This document shows, one piece after another, positions 42,106 through 51,163 of a DNA stretch of 64,000 bases. This DNA comes from Armatimonadota bacterium (GTDB lineage: Bacteria > Armatimonadota > SYMT01), in the NCBI GenBank assembly GCA_041690135.1, contig JAWLHY010000001.1, positions 1,472,001 through 1,536,000 of the forward strand, given 5' to 3'. The notes beneath the pieces were generated by a model. It did no database searches. It was not told the DNA's origin and was given only the letters and a program-made list of their open reading frames with translations. Every line of letters starts with the position of its first letter. Positions within the stretch are counted from its first letter, which is position 1. The position numbers were made by a program, and so were the translations under genes.

Positions 42106-42726
42106 ATGCAACCAGAAGCAGTGAATGAACTGGTTCGGCAGGTGCTGATACGGCCCGATGAAACGTGGCGGGGCACCAACCCGGCGGTTGGGGATTTGGC
42201 CTCACTCGGTGCGGCGGGAGTGGCTGCGGTGCTCACGGCGATGAGCGGACCGTTTCCGCCGGAGGTGGTCTCGCGAGACGGGATTGAACTCTTGGCTACC
42301 GTCCTTCACGAGACAGCTAAACGCGATCCATTCCCTCTGATCGAGGTGCTGGATCGGGAGTTGTTCCCGGCCGATCCCCACCTGGTGTTCGTGGTCTCGG
42401 CCCTGGGAACCTCGCGGACCGAGGCGTCGCGGGAAGCCTTGAAGCGAGCCCTGCGTCACCGGAACCTGTTCGTCCGATGGATGGCGGCTTCCGGTCTGGC
42501 GCGTTCGCCGGCGAAAGTGGCGAAGCCGGAGATGGTCGTCGCTCTGCGGGATCGCTCTCCGGACGTCAAGTTCGAGGCCGTGGAAGCCCTACGGAAGCGC
42601 AAAGCGTTGCGCAGCCCAGAGGCGTTGGAGCCGCTCCGGCGCATTGTGCGAAGTCCATCGCTCCAGAAGCACAGTCCCGGGCTCTGGCGGAACGCCCGGG
42701 ATCTGCTGGCGGAGATGGAGAGTTGA
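42106..42726 (+). CDS. HEAT-repeat protein
   Basis: ALRHRNLFVRWMAASGL and ALRDRSPDVKFEAVEAL HEAT/PBS-lyase-type repeats. Confidence 0.7.
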   Translation: MQPEAVNELVRQVLIRPDETWRGTNPAVGDLASLGAAGVAAVLTAMSGPFPPEVVSRDGIELLATVLHETAKRDPFPLIEVLDRELFPADPHLVFVVSALGTSRTEASREALKRALRHRNLFVRWMAASGLARSPAKVAKPEMVVALRDRSPDVKFEAVEALRKRKALRSPEALEPLRRIVRSPSLQKHSPGLWRNARDLLAEMES

Positions 42727-42773
42727 AGTTCTGTTCCTCCAGAGCGTGGCGAGGCTGCGCGGAAAGGTAGCGG

Positions 42774-43274
42774 TTGGCAGTGGTCACGGTAGGAAGTGTC
42801 TCGCGGGAGGACGCAGCCGAACAGTACGAGTTTCTGGCGGAACGGTATCCGGGACGCCGGGCGGCGATCCGGGAACTGACCCACGCCTATCCCGAACTGG
42901 TCTTTTGGGTCTCGCCGGAGGGCCGCCTGATCGATGCAAGAGACGCGCACCGGAAGCATCCGCCGCGCGGCTTTGCCTGGATCCTCCAAGATGAACCGAA
43001 TTACGGGGGGTTCCTCCGCGGTCGGATCGCCCGCCGGGCCGAGCGGCAGTTGGTCGTGGTGTACTGCCGGCCGGAAGCACTGGCGGTACCTGGACCGCCG
43101 GTGGAGCAGTTGATTCGGGGCCTCGCGCAGGTGTCTGTCCCGCTCACTCCGGACACCCTGGTCATCAGCGACAACGGCGACCTTTACGGAACCGTCGCTG
43201 ACCTGCGTGTGCGAGCCGAAACAGGTGCCGCCGCCCGGTCGGGGACTTCCCGTGAGGTCGGTCCTGCCGGATAA
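42774..43274 (+). CDS. Hypothetical protein
   Basis: 166-aa ORF with protein-like composition (FWVSPEG, YGGFLRGR, VISDNGDLYGT). Confidence 0.65.
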   Translation: MAVVTVGSVSREDAAEQYEFLAERYPGRRAAIRELTHAYPELVFWVSPEGRLIDARDAHRKHPPRGFAWILQDEPNYGGFLRGRIARRAERQLVVVYCRPEALAVPGPPVEQLIRGLAQVSVPLTPDTLVISDNGDLYGTVADLRVRAETGAAARSGTSREVGPAG

Positions 43275-43277
43275 CGC

Positions 43278-43589
43278 TCAGCTCTCGACAGTCACGCGGC
43301 GCAGGAGTTCCGCTACCCCGGCATGCCCCTTTTATTCGGCGATTGTTAGGGCGGTCCGGCCGTCGGGTGCGGGCGCGTTTGGATCGGCTCCGCGGTCGAG
43401 GAGTAGAGCCCCCGGTTCCGGCAGGTTGTAGGCGGCACAGTAGACCAGCGGCGGCCAGCCGTTCGCGGCGGAAATGCCATTCGTGTCCGTGGCTGCCGCC
43501 CCTTCAGGATCACCTTCCAGCAGCCGCTCGACGGTGGTGGCATCCCCCTGTTTGATCGCGTTGAAAAGGGCTTCCGGATTATCCGGCAT
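43278..43589 (-). pseudogene. Ankyrin-repeat gene with premature TAA
   Basis: GRTALTIAE*KGHAGVAELLRR: the ankyrin consensus continues in frame past the stop at 43332-43334 to TGA at 43278. Confidence 0.7.
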
Positions 43590-43755
43590 GGTTCCGCCCT
43601 CCGCCGTCGACGTTCTCTTTGTGGCCGTTCCGTTCCTTGTGCGCTCTCCGTCCCGGCTGTTACTCGCGTTAGGCCGGAAGCGTGCTCGGGTAAAGGGGAA
43701 CGTTAATAGCGGCCGGTTCCTTTCTACGGCCGGAGACAATCAACGGAGGCTTGGG

Positions 43756-44178
43756 ATGGAGATTCGTCATAGGGTGACCGGACTGGCGCTGGTGGAGGTG
43801 CCGGGAGATTCGCTGCAGGGTGCGGATCTACGGAACGCCAACCTGATCGACGCGGACCTGAAGGGTGCCGACCTACGGGGGGCCGTCCTCATCGGCGCCT
43901 ATCTGGGCGGTGCGGACCTTTCCGGTGCGGATCTGTCGCGCGCGGTCCTGTGTCAGGCGGACCTTCACGAAGCGAACCTCCAGGGAGCCCGACTGGACGG
44001 CGCGGATCTCACCGACGCATCTCTCCGCCGGGCTGACGCGCGGAGTACCTCGCTGGCCGGTGCCACCCTGATTGGGGCCGATATGATCGATATCAATCTG
44101 GAAGGAGCCGGCTACGACGAGCGGACGGAATGGCCTGCGGGACGGATGCCGGGGGAGTTCGATCGGAAGATAGCGTGA
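43756..44178 (+). CDS. Pentapeptide-repeat protein
   Basis: GGAGG RBS; MEIRHRVTG followed by continuous A(D/N)Lxx repeats, YDERTEWP cap. Confidence 0.9.
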   Translation: MEIRHRVTGLALVEVPGDSLQGADLRNANLIDADLKGADLRGAVLIGAYLGGADLSGADLSRAVLCQADLHEANLQGARLDGADLTDASLRRADARSTSLAGATLIGADMIDINLEGAGYDERTEWPAGRMPGEFDRKIA

Positions 44179-44248
44179 TCGGGTGGTCGGGTGTTCAGGT
44201 GTGCGGTTATTTGGAAACCCGATCACCTGAACACCCGACCACCCGATC
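44177..44248. repeat. Perfect 25-bp inverted repeat between convergent genes
   Basis: gatcgggtggtcgggtgttcaggtg (44177-44201) / cacctgaacacccgaccacccgatc (44224-44248). Confidence 0.9.
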
Positions 44249-44258
44249 GCCTGCCACG

Positions 44259-45317
44259 CTACCACTCGAATTGATAGAGGGTGGTATGAGCGTAGACCTC
44301 TCCCGAGCGAAGTATGACGGAGGGGAAGTTGGGGTGGTGCACCGAGTCCGGGAAGTGTTGTGTCTCCAGGCAGAAGGCCGCATGCTTCTCGTAGGCAACC
44401 CCGCCCTTGCCCAGGAGCGAGCCATCGAGGAAGTTGCCGGAGTAGAATTGCACCCCTGGCTGGGTGGTGAGAACCGTCATGGTCCGACCGGACCGAGGCT
44501 CCTGAACACGCGCGGCTAAGGAGAGGGTGCCGGATCCCTCGTTCAGCACGAAGTTGTGATCGTAGCCGCCGCAGTACTCCGGCAACTCGCCGATGCGGGC
44601 GCCGATAGCCGTCGGTTCCCGGAAGTCGAGGGCAGTGTTCGCCACGGGGGCGATTTCGCCGGTGGGGATGAGGGTTTCATCCACGGGTGTGTACCGGTCG
44701 GCGTTGAGGTGTAGTAGGTGGTCCAGGATGCTTCCCGCACCCGGAACGCCCGGATTGAGATTGAAGTAGCTGTGGTTGGTGAGGTTGATCGGCGTGGGAG
44801 CGTCGGTCGTGGCTTCGTAATCGATGCGAAGGGCGTTATCTTCGGTGAGGGTGTACCGGACGGTCACGCTCAGATCGCCGGGATAGCCTTCCTCGCCGTC
44901 CGGACTGAAGTAGTGGAGGGCCAGGGAAGCCTCGCCGGCTCGCGGCGCCGGCTCGAAGCGCCACACAACCTTATCGAAGCCGCGGTCTCCCCCGTGGAGG
45001 GAGTTGGGACCGTTGTTCACGGCCAGCCGATACTCGTTGCCGTTCAGGCGGAACACGCCCCCGGCGATACGGTTCGCATACCGACCCACCACGGCCCCGA
45101 AGTAGGGATGCCCCGCCACGTATTGTCCCAGGTTGTCGAACCCCAGCACGACATCGCCCAGGTTCCCCTGCGCGTCAGGAACGTGAAGTTCGGTAAGGAT
45201 GGCCCCATAGTTGGTGATGCGGGCGACCATTCCCGACGTATTGCGGAGTGTAAAGAGTTCTACGCGCGTCCCCTCGGGCGTGCGTCCCCACGGAATTCGT
45301 TCCAGAGAATCCTTCAT
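44259..45317 (-). CDS. galM: Aldose 1-epimerase (galactose mutarotase)
   Basis: GRYANRIA, NSLHGG, EGYPG, NLTNHSYFNL, GYDHNF, FCLETQHFPD. Confidence 0.95.
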   Translation of the reverse strand: MKDSLERIPWGRTPEGTRVELFTLRNTSGMVARITNYGAILTELHVPDAQGNLGDVVLGFDNLGQYVAGHPYFGAVVGRYANRIAGGVFRLNGNEYRLAVNNGPNSLHGGDRGFDKVVWRFEPAPRAGEASLALHYFSPDGEEGYPGDLSVTVRYTLTEDNALRIDYEATTDAPTPINLTNHSYFNLNPGVPGAGSILDHLLHLNADRYTPVDETLIPTGEIAPVANTALDFREPTAIGARIGELPEYCGGYDHNFVLNEGSGTLSLAARVQEPRSGRTMTVLTTQPGVQFYSGNFLDGSLLGKGGVAYEKHAAFCLETQHFPDSVHHPNFPSVILRSGEVYAHTTLYQFEW

Positions 45318-45484
45318 CTTTACGCCACTTTCGTCTCGCATCCGTTACTGCCATGCGGACTGCCGGGAGAAGTAGGAGAAACGGACCTGTCGTGTCGAAC
45401 CCCATGGGGGTCACTTCCGGTTCCCCGCACCCAAGTCAACATTTCACTCAGCCCCTTGAGCCCTTGAGAAAGGACAATGATGCC

Positions 45485-46417
45485 ATGATCAGGCCGCTCC
45501 GTGCCTGCGTCACCGTGCTCGGCCTCGCAGCATTCGCGTGCGCGACCCAGAACGACCCCGCTTCCGCCGCTCGGAAGCCGATTCGCGTCGTCATTTGGGA
45601 TGAGCAACAGCCGATTCAGAAGCAAGCCTACGAGAACTTCCTGGGCAACGCTATCGCCGACCATCTGAATAAGAAGCCGTCCGAGTTCCAGGTGAAGTCG
45701 GTCCGATTGGACGATCCCGAACAGGGCCTCTCTAAGGAGACCCTGGACAACTGCGATGTGCTCGTGTGGTGGGGCCATGCCCGCCACAACGAGATCAAAC
45801 CCGACACGGCCAAGGAAATCGTTCGCCGGGTCAAGTCCGGCCAGTTTTCCCTCCTGGCACTCCATTCGGCGCACTGGGCCAAGCCATTCATCGAAGCGAT
45901 GAACGAGCGCACTACCGATGATGCGCTGAAGAGCCTCTCCGCCTCCGAGCGCAAGAACGTTAAGATTACCTACGTGCAGCCGGCGATGCGTCTGTATAAG
46001 AAGGAAGAGCCGGTAACCCCCTCTTTCAGCAAGAGCATGGCGGCGGATGGTGTCACCAACCTGGAGGTCAAGCTGCCGAGTTGCGTGTTCACGTCCGTGA
46101 AGAACGATGGCAAGCCCAGCCACCTGACCACCTTGATGAAGAAGCACCCGATCGCCAAGGGGGTGCCGGAGAACTTCGACATCCCCCAGACCGAAGTCTA
46201 CGGCGGTCCGTTCCACGTGCCCACTCCGGACGCGATCATTTTCACCGAGAAGTGGGACGACGGCGAAACCTTCCCGGCCGGCTGCCTCTGGAAGCTGGGC
46301 AAAGGCCAGGTCTTCTACTTCCGCCCCGGACACGAGACCTACCCGATCTTCAAGCAGGAGATACCGCTCCGGATCGTGGAGAACGCCGCCCGCTTCCTGG
46401 GCAAGGACAAGAAGTAG
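45485..46417 (+). CDS. Secreted ThuA-domain protein
   Basis: Signal peptide; IRVVIWDE, DVLVWWGH..H, LHSAHW, FYFRPGHETYP. Confidence 0.85.
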   Translation: MIRPLRACVTVLGLAAFACATQNDPASAARKPIRVVIWDEQQPIQKQAYENFLGNAIADHLNKKPSEFQVKSVRLDDPEQGLSKETLDNCDVLVWWGHARHNEIKPDTAKEIVRRVKSGQFSLLALHSAHWAKPFIEAMNERTTDDALKSLSASERKNVKITYVQPAMRLYKKEEPVTPSFSKSMAADGVTNLEVKLPSCVFTSVKNDGKPSHLTTLMKKHPIAKGVPENFDIPQTEVYGGPFHVPTPDAIIFTEKWDDGETFPAGCLWKLGKGQVFYFRPGHETYPIFKQEIPLRIVENAARFLGKDKK

Positions 46418-46445
46418 TCCCTACTTCCCAACCCGCACACAAAAC

Positions 46446-46485
46446 GACCCGCCGAAGACAGTGCGTCTCCGGCGGGTTGCTTCTT
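46446..46485 (+). terminator. Probable intrinsic terminator
   Basis: gacccgccg...cggcgggtt stem followed by gcttctt; AAAA precedes the stem. Confidence 0.55.
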
Positions 46486-46618
46486 ATGGTCTTGGCGGGC
46501 AATGGACGTTCAGGCAATCAGGCGTTCAGGCCTTGGGTGTTCGGGGGGTCGGCGGTTATGTGCTTGCGGCGCACCCCAGAGATGAATAGGCCATGGATCC
46601 CGTCCCATCCATTATCAC

Positions 46619-46751
46619 GACGACTTCCCTGAACAGGGGGATGGCCACGTCGCTTGCCGGTTCAGCCGGAAGGAGCGGACCACTTCGACAGGAGGCTCAT
46701 CCAATTCGGGGAAGTTGCTGCGGGTCTATCGCTCCTCGCCATGACTACCGT
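46619..46751 (-). repeat. ~130-bp intergenic repeat, copy B (inverted relative to copy A)
   Basis: Minus strand gtcatggcgaggagcgatagacc...aagcgacgtggccatccccc. Confidence 0.8.
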
Positions 46752-46868
46752 CTCCGTTGCCTGACTGCCTGAATGATGTTGTAGGTGAATTCTCCAGGAT
46801 CGGCTGCAGTGCAACTGCCCGCGATCAAATTTGCCAACAGCATCCTGACTGCCTGATCGCCCGCCCGC

Positions 46869-47792
46869 CTACCCCTGACTCACCGCTTCCGACGTATCGA
46901 TCGCCTGCATCCCCGGCACGATCCGCGGACTGAGGCCGGTCAAAACCCGTCCAGGCCCCACCTCCACGGTCGTATCCACGCCGTCGGCGGCAAGGCGGCG
47001 GATCGTCTCGGTCCAGCGCACGCTGCCGGCCACCTGGCGGACGAGGGTCTCACGCACCTCTTCCGGCGTGCGTACGTAGTCGGCGGTGACATTGGCAACC
47101 ACGGGAATCTCAGGGACCGATAGGGTGAGAGCCGTGAGCACCTGCGCCATCTCCTCCGCCAGGGGCGCCATGAGGCTGCTGTGGAACGGTGCGGCCACGT
47201 TCAGCTTGATGGCCCGCCGTGCGCCCCGTTCCTTCGCTACGACCATCGCCCGCTCCACGGCGCCCAACTCCCCGGAGATCACCGTCTGCTCCGGGGAGTT
47301 GTAGTTTGCGACCTCAACGCGGCCTCCCGCGGAGGCATCCGCGCTCACTTCGGCGCAAACTTCGGCTACTACTTCCGCGGAAAGGTTCAACACTGCGGCC
47401 ATGGCGCCGGCTACGCGATCCCCCACCTCCGCCATTAACTCGCCGCGCCGGCGGACGGTGCGCAACCCATCCTCGAAGCTCATCACCCCCGCGGCGGTGA
47501 GAGCCGAATACTCGCCCAGGCTGTGGCCGGCCACAGCGGCGGGTTCGATCCCCGCGTCCCGCACGAGACTCCAGGCGATGAGGCTCACAGTGAAGATGGC
47601 GGGTTGCGCGTTCTCCGTCCGGGTGAGTTGGTCCTCCGGTCCCTCGAAGCAGAGCTGCGAAAGGGAAAAACCCAGGATCTCATCGGCCCGGCTGAATAGC
47701 TCCCGGCCCACGGCTGTGGTTTCGTAGTACTCGCGGCCCATGCCGACCTTCTGAGACCCCTGCCCGGGGAAAACACACGCGATCTTACTCAA
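46869..47792 (-). CDS. fabD: Malonyl-CoA:ACP transacylase
   Basis: VFPGQGSQ, AGHSLGEY, APFHS, EVGPG; TTG start after AGGAG. Confidence 0.96.
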   Translation of the reverse strand: MSKIACVFPGQGSQKVGMGREYYETTAVGRELFSRADEILGFSLSQLCFEGPEDQLTRTENAQPAIFTVSLIAWSLVRDAGIEPAAVAGHSLGEYSALTAAGVMSFEDGLRTVRRRGELMAEVGDRVAGAMAAVLNLSAEVVAEVCAEVSADASAGGRVEVANYNSPEQTVISGELGAVERAMVVAKERGARRAIKLNVAAPFHSSLMAPLAEEMAQVLTALTLSVPEIPVVANVTADYVRTPEEVRETLVRQVAGSVRWTETIRRLAADGVDTTVEVGPGRVLTGLSPRIVPGMQAIDTSEAVSQG

Positions 47793-47958
47793 GGGAATCT
47801 CTCCTGTTCGTGGGGACATCAATACTCTGGAACAGTTCTATCAGGTGCCGGGCCGCCAGGCATTCGAGCTTGAGACATCGCTGAACGCCGGAACACCGGA
47901 ACACCGGAACACCCGCCTCCAGCCCCCACCCCCTTCAGTATTTATTTTGCTCACAACC

Positions 47959-47985
47959 GAACATTTCATCGGGCTGGGTCGTCAG
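47959..47985 (+). promoter_or_regulatory. Putative autoregulatory ECF promoter
   Basis: GAAC-N17-CGTCA preceded by an AT-rich stretch, upstream of the ECF sigma gene. Confidence 0.45.
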
Positions 47986-48139
47986 TCTGAAAGTACCGCT
48001 TCCCTAAGGCTTCCCAGGCACTCCTGCTGGCTCCGCGGCTCCGACTCCTTCGTTTTGTCCGATCGGGTCGGTGGCGGCCAATTTGAGGCAACTCCGCTCT
48101 GAGAGCGCGCGTCTAATTGGCACAGGAGGTAGAAGGGCC

Positions 48140-48781
48140 GTGTCCACCAGTGTCCCAGCGTCTATGATTCGAATAGGACCGCAAGAGGCTCTCGTCGACG
48201 CGACCGATCCCGACCGCCGGCTCCTGGAGCTGTGCCGTCAGGGAGACCCGCACGCTTTCGAGACCCTGTTCCGCAAATACCAGACGTACGTTTACAACGT
48301 GAGCCTGGGCATGCTGAACAACAGCGAAGACGCCGCGGACATCACGCAGGAGACATTCCTGCGCCTCCATCGCAGCCTGGATAGCTTCCGAGGGGATTCC
48401 ACGTTCAGCACGTGGCTCTACCGGGTCGCCGTGAACCTGTGCATCACGGAGATCCGGCGCCGCGGGCGGAACCGGTACCAGTTCCTGGACGACATCGCTC
48501 ACGACGAAGAAGCGCAACTCACCGAAGAGCCGGGACCCACTCCCGACGAAGCGATCGAGCTGGCGGAAGAGCGACAGGTCGTCCATCGTGTGCTACGGAC
48601 GCTCCCTCCGGACTACCGGGCGATCATGGTGCTGCGGCATTTCCAGCAATTGGCCTACGAAGAGATTGCCGAGGTCCTCAACCTCACCCTCAGCCAGGTC
48701 AAGACGCGACTGTTCCGCGCCCGCAAGATGTTTAAAGATCGCTTCGAGTCGATGACGGAGGACCGTCATGCAGTGCGGTGA
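48140..48781 (+). CDS. ECF RNA polymerase sigma factor (SigE/SigW-like)
   Basis: DAADITQETF, FSTWLYRVAVN (region 2); YEEIAEVL...VKTRLFRAR (region 4); AGGAGG RBS. Confidence 0.95.
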   Translation: MSTSVPASMIRIGPQEALVDATDPDRRLLELCRQGDPHAFETLFRKYQTYVYNVSLGMLNNSEDAADITQETFLRLHRSLDSFRGDSTFSTWLYRVAVNLCITEIRRRGRNRYQFLDDIAHDEEAQLTEEPGPTPDEAIELAEERQVVHRVLRTLPPDYRAIMVLRHFQQLAYEEIAEVLNLTLSQVKTRLFRARKMFKDRFESMTEDRHAVR

Positions 48782-49928
48782 CGTCCGTCCCCTGCTGCCC
48801 GAATACCTTGATGAGTTGTTAAAGCCGGAGGCCAGGCGGCGCGTCGATTCGCACCTGCAAAGCTGCGATCTCTGCCGCGCAGAATTGGCCACGCAGAACC
48901 GGGCGCTCATCGTGTTGGAACGGGCCGCGCATGCCCCCGCGCCCGACTTGTGGCAGGCTTTCTCACAGCGGCTGGCCAGTGAGATCACCTGTACGGAGGT
49001 CAGCGAATCGTTGCCGGCGTACCACGACGCAGCCCTATCCGGAACTCGCGCGGTCTCCGTCCACAACCATCTGAAGGCGTGTGCCGCCTGTGCTGCCGAG
49101 TCCGAAGGGTTGCAGACCTCCCTCGAACTACTCGAGCGTGCGGCGGAAATGCCCGTCATCGACCTTTGGCCCGCGTTCCAGGCCAGGCAGGAGGCCGATC
49201 GCCGCTCCCGCGAAACCGGTTGGGGTCGGCTGAGGACCGCGTTGCGCGTCCTCTGGGATGGCCCGGTGCTCCAGCCTGCTCTGGGCCTGGCCGCCGCGGG
49301 AGTCCTGATCATTGTGGGGCAGCATTTCTTTGGAGCCCCCCAGGTGGGCCGAACGGTGAGCCCGACGGTGAACTCAACTCCAACTCCACCTACTCGCGTC
49401 GCGACATCCACCTTACCTCCGGATACACTGGATGAGGAGCGCCGGATGGCCTCGCTCTCGGTTGGACGCTCTGCGTCGGGGCGGAACGAACCTTCCGGTT
49501 CGCGGACGGAACGGAACGCCCGGGCGGCGGTCCGCAGGGTCGCTGGTGTTCGGCGTAAACCAACAACTCCGGCGAGGCCGTGGAAGAAAGCGCCTCCCCG
49601 CCTGCCAGCAGAGCAGCCGGAGAAGGAGGTCCTGGTTGCGGCGGTTCCGGATGCTGAAAGCGGAGTGTGGACCCGCCAACTACAGGTGTCCTACGACCTG
49701 GAGACCGGTCCTATGACCGTAGGCGACAGCTCTTCGGCGAAAGCTCCGCATCCGGACACGGATGCCTCCGCGGAGCGGCCACTGTTCCAGGCGGCGGTGG
49801 AGGTGAATTCGAACCGGGCTCAGGCGGAGGTCAAATCGGAAGTTGTCCAGGTGGTACAGCTTCTGGCAGGTATTGAAGCGGCTACGGAGAACCCGTTCCG
49901 GTCGGAGACAGATGGTTACCAGGAGTAG
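48768..49928 (+). CDS. Transmembrane anti-sigma factor with two tandem zinc-finger (HxxxCxxC) domains
   Basis: HLQSCDLC and HLKACAAC, one TM, overlaps the sigma stop. Confidence 0.88.
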   Translation: MQCGDVRPLLPEYLDELLKPEARRRVDSHLQSCDLCRAELATQNRALIVLERAAHAPAPDLWQAFSQRLASEITCTEVSESLPAYHDAALSGTRAVSVHNHLKACAACAAESEGLQTSLELLERAAEMPVIDLWPAFQARQEADRRSRETGWGRLRTALRVLWDGPVLQPALGLAAAGVLIIVGQHFFGAPQVGRTVSPTVNSTPTPPTRVATSTLPPDTLDEERRMASLSVGRSASGRNEPSGSRTERNARAAVRRVAGVRRKPTTPARPWKKAPPRLPAEQPEKEVLVAAVPDAESGVWTRQLQVSYDLETGPMTVGDSSSAKAPHPDTDASAERPLFQAAVEVNSNRAQAEVKSEVVQVVQLLAGIEAATENPFRSETDGYQE

Positions 49929-51024
49929 GGGTTGGGGTTGTAAGGGCCGAGTGTGGATCCTTGCCGGAGCGCTGTTAGCGTGCGGCAGCCCACGTCTATA
50001 CGCCGCGCCGGAGGAAAAGACGGAGCAACCCGCGGGCGAGAAGGCCGTCACCGTCGCTCCCACTTCGCAACCCGGAAAAGCCAACGCTGCACCGGGGAGC
50101 CCGGCAACCTTGCACGCTCCCAAGAGCCGACTGCCTTATCCCGCCGACGCGGAGGTGTGGGCAGACGCCACCGGCACACCGCTGAACACGCCACCGGGAG
50201 TGCCTGTGGGGGCTGTTAAACGGGTGAGCATCCTCGTGTTTCGGCCGCGCGGCGACGTGCTTCCATGGGACCGCTTCGTACAGATCTATGTCGCCGACGG
50301 AAAGCTGGCGCCGAATCCCGAATTGAAGTTAGGCCTTTCACCGCTGCCCAAGGTGCAGCCGGCAGCGACCGCTCCCCAGAACCTGGAGGAGACCAATGTC
50401 TACGAAACCCGCATGGGTAAGGACATTCTGGTGCTGGGGATCATCCGCAACGCCCGCACCCAGCACCTGCTGGGTTACAGCGTGCTGGTGAACGGTACGC
50501 TCAACAATGCACAGGCGCTGGTGCAGGCCCGGAGCATGGTCACGGAACTCGCGGAGAATGCCCGCCGCATCCGGATTTCGGTGCCCCGCCCTACCAATAG
50601 CGTCGCCGCGGCGCCCACCTGGAGAATTGATGGGAACCGCCTCCGGCAACTCGTGCAGAGTATCGCGAAGGATGCAAGCCTCTCGCCGCGGGTGCGGGAG
50701 ATCGCGCGGGTGGTGATGCCGCAGGCCACGGCCATCGAACACAGCACCTTCCGTACGCCGCGGCCGGTCAGCGATGCTACTTTCCTCGACTTTTACACCC
50801 GGCAAACGGCGCGACAGGGATGGGGGCAGCCGATTATTCGCGATACGACCCAGGTCGGTCGCCCGGCATTGCTATTCCAGCGGCCCTACGACGGCGCGGT
50901 GATCCTGGTGCGGGCCCAGCCAACCACGATGACGGCTCCGGGGATGCTCGGTGCCCCAACCACGATGATTCACGTCCTCGTAATGGAGGGGAAGATCGAC
51001 GTCAGCCGGCTCGATGAGAAGTAG
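49912..51024 (+). CDS. Secreted hypothetical protein, third gene of the ECF operon
   Basis: Signal-like N-terminus; overlaps the anti-sigma 3' end. Confidence 0.65.
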   Translation: MVTRSRGWGCKGRVWILAGALLACGSPRLYAAPEEKTEQPAGEKAVTVAPTSQPGKANAAPGSPATLHAPKSRLPYPADAEVWADATGTPLNTPPGVPVGAVKRVSILVFRPRGDVLPWDRFVQIYVADGKLAPNPELKLGLSPLPKVQPAATAPQNLEETNVYETRMGKDILVLGIIRNARTQHLLGYSVLVNGTLNNAQALVQARSMVTELAENARRIRISVPRPTNSVAAAPTWRIDGNRLRQLVQSIAKDASLSPRVREIARVVMPQATAIEHSTFRTPRPVSDATFLDFYTRQTARQGWGQPIIRDTTQVGRPALLFQRPYDGAVILVRAQPTTMTAPGMLGAPTTMIHVLVMEGKIDVSRLDEK

Positions 51025-51059
51025 CCCCCGTTTGGCCCAGATGCCTGTCTTTAGGCGGC

Positions 51060-51107
51060 AAAATGGGGGAACGGGAGCCATCCGCAGGAATCCCCGTCCC
51101 CCATTTT
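51060..51107. terminator. Bidirectional terminator-like hairpin
   Basis: aaaatggggga-acggg ... cccgtcccccatttt between convergent genes. Confidence 0.6.
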
Positions 51108-51163
51108 GCCATATGGAGCCTCTCCCATTCGGCCTGACCTGATGGAAACTTACAGCCGGCGCC

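Noticed and set aside
43332-43334. Programmed stop read-through or recoding
   Set aside because: The codon is TAA (not TGA or TAG), other genes here terminate at TAA, and the gene shows other signs of decay
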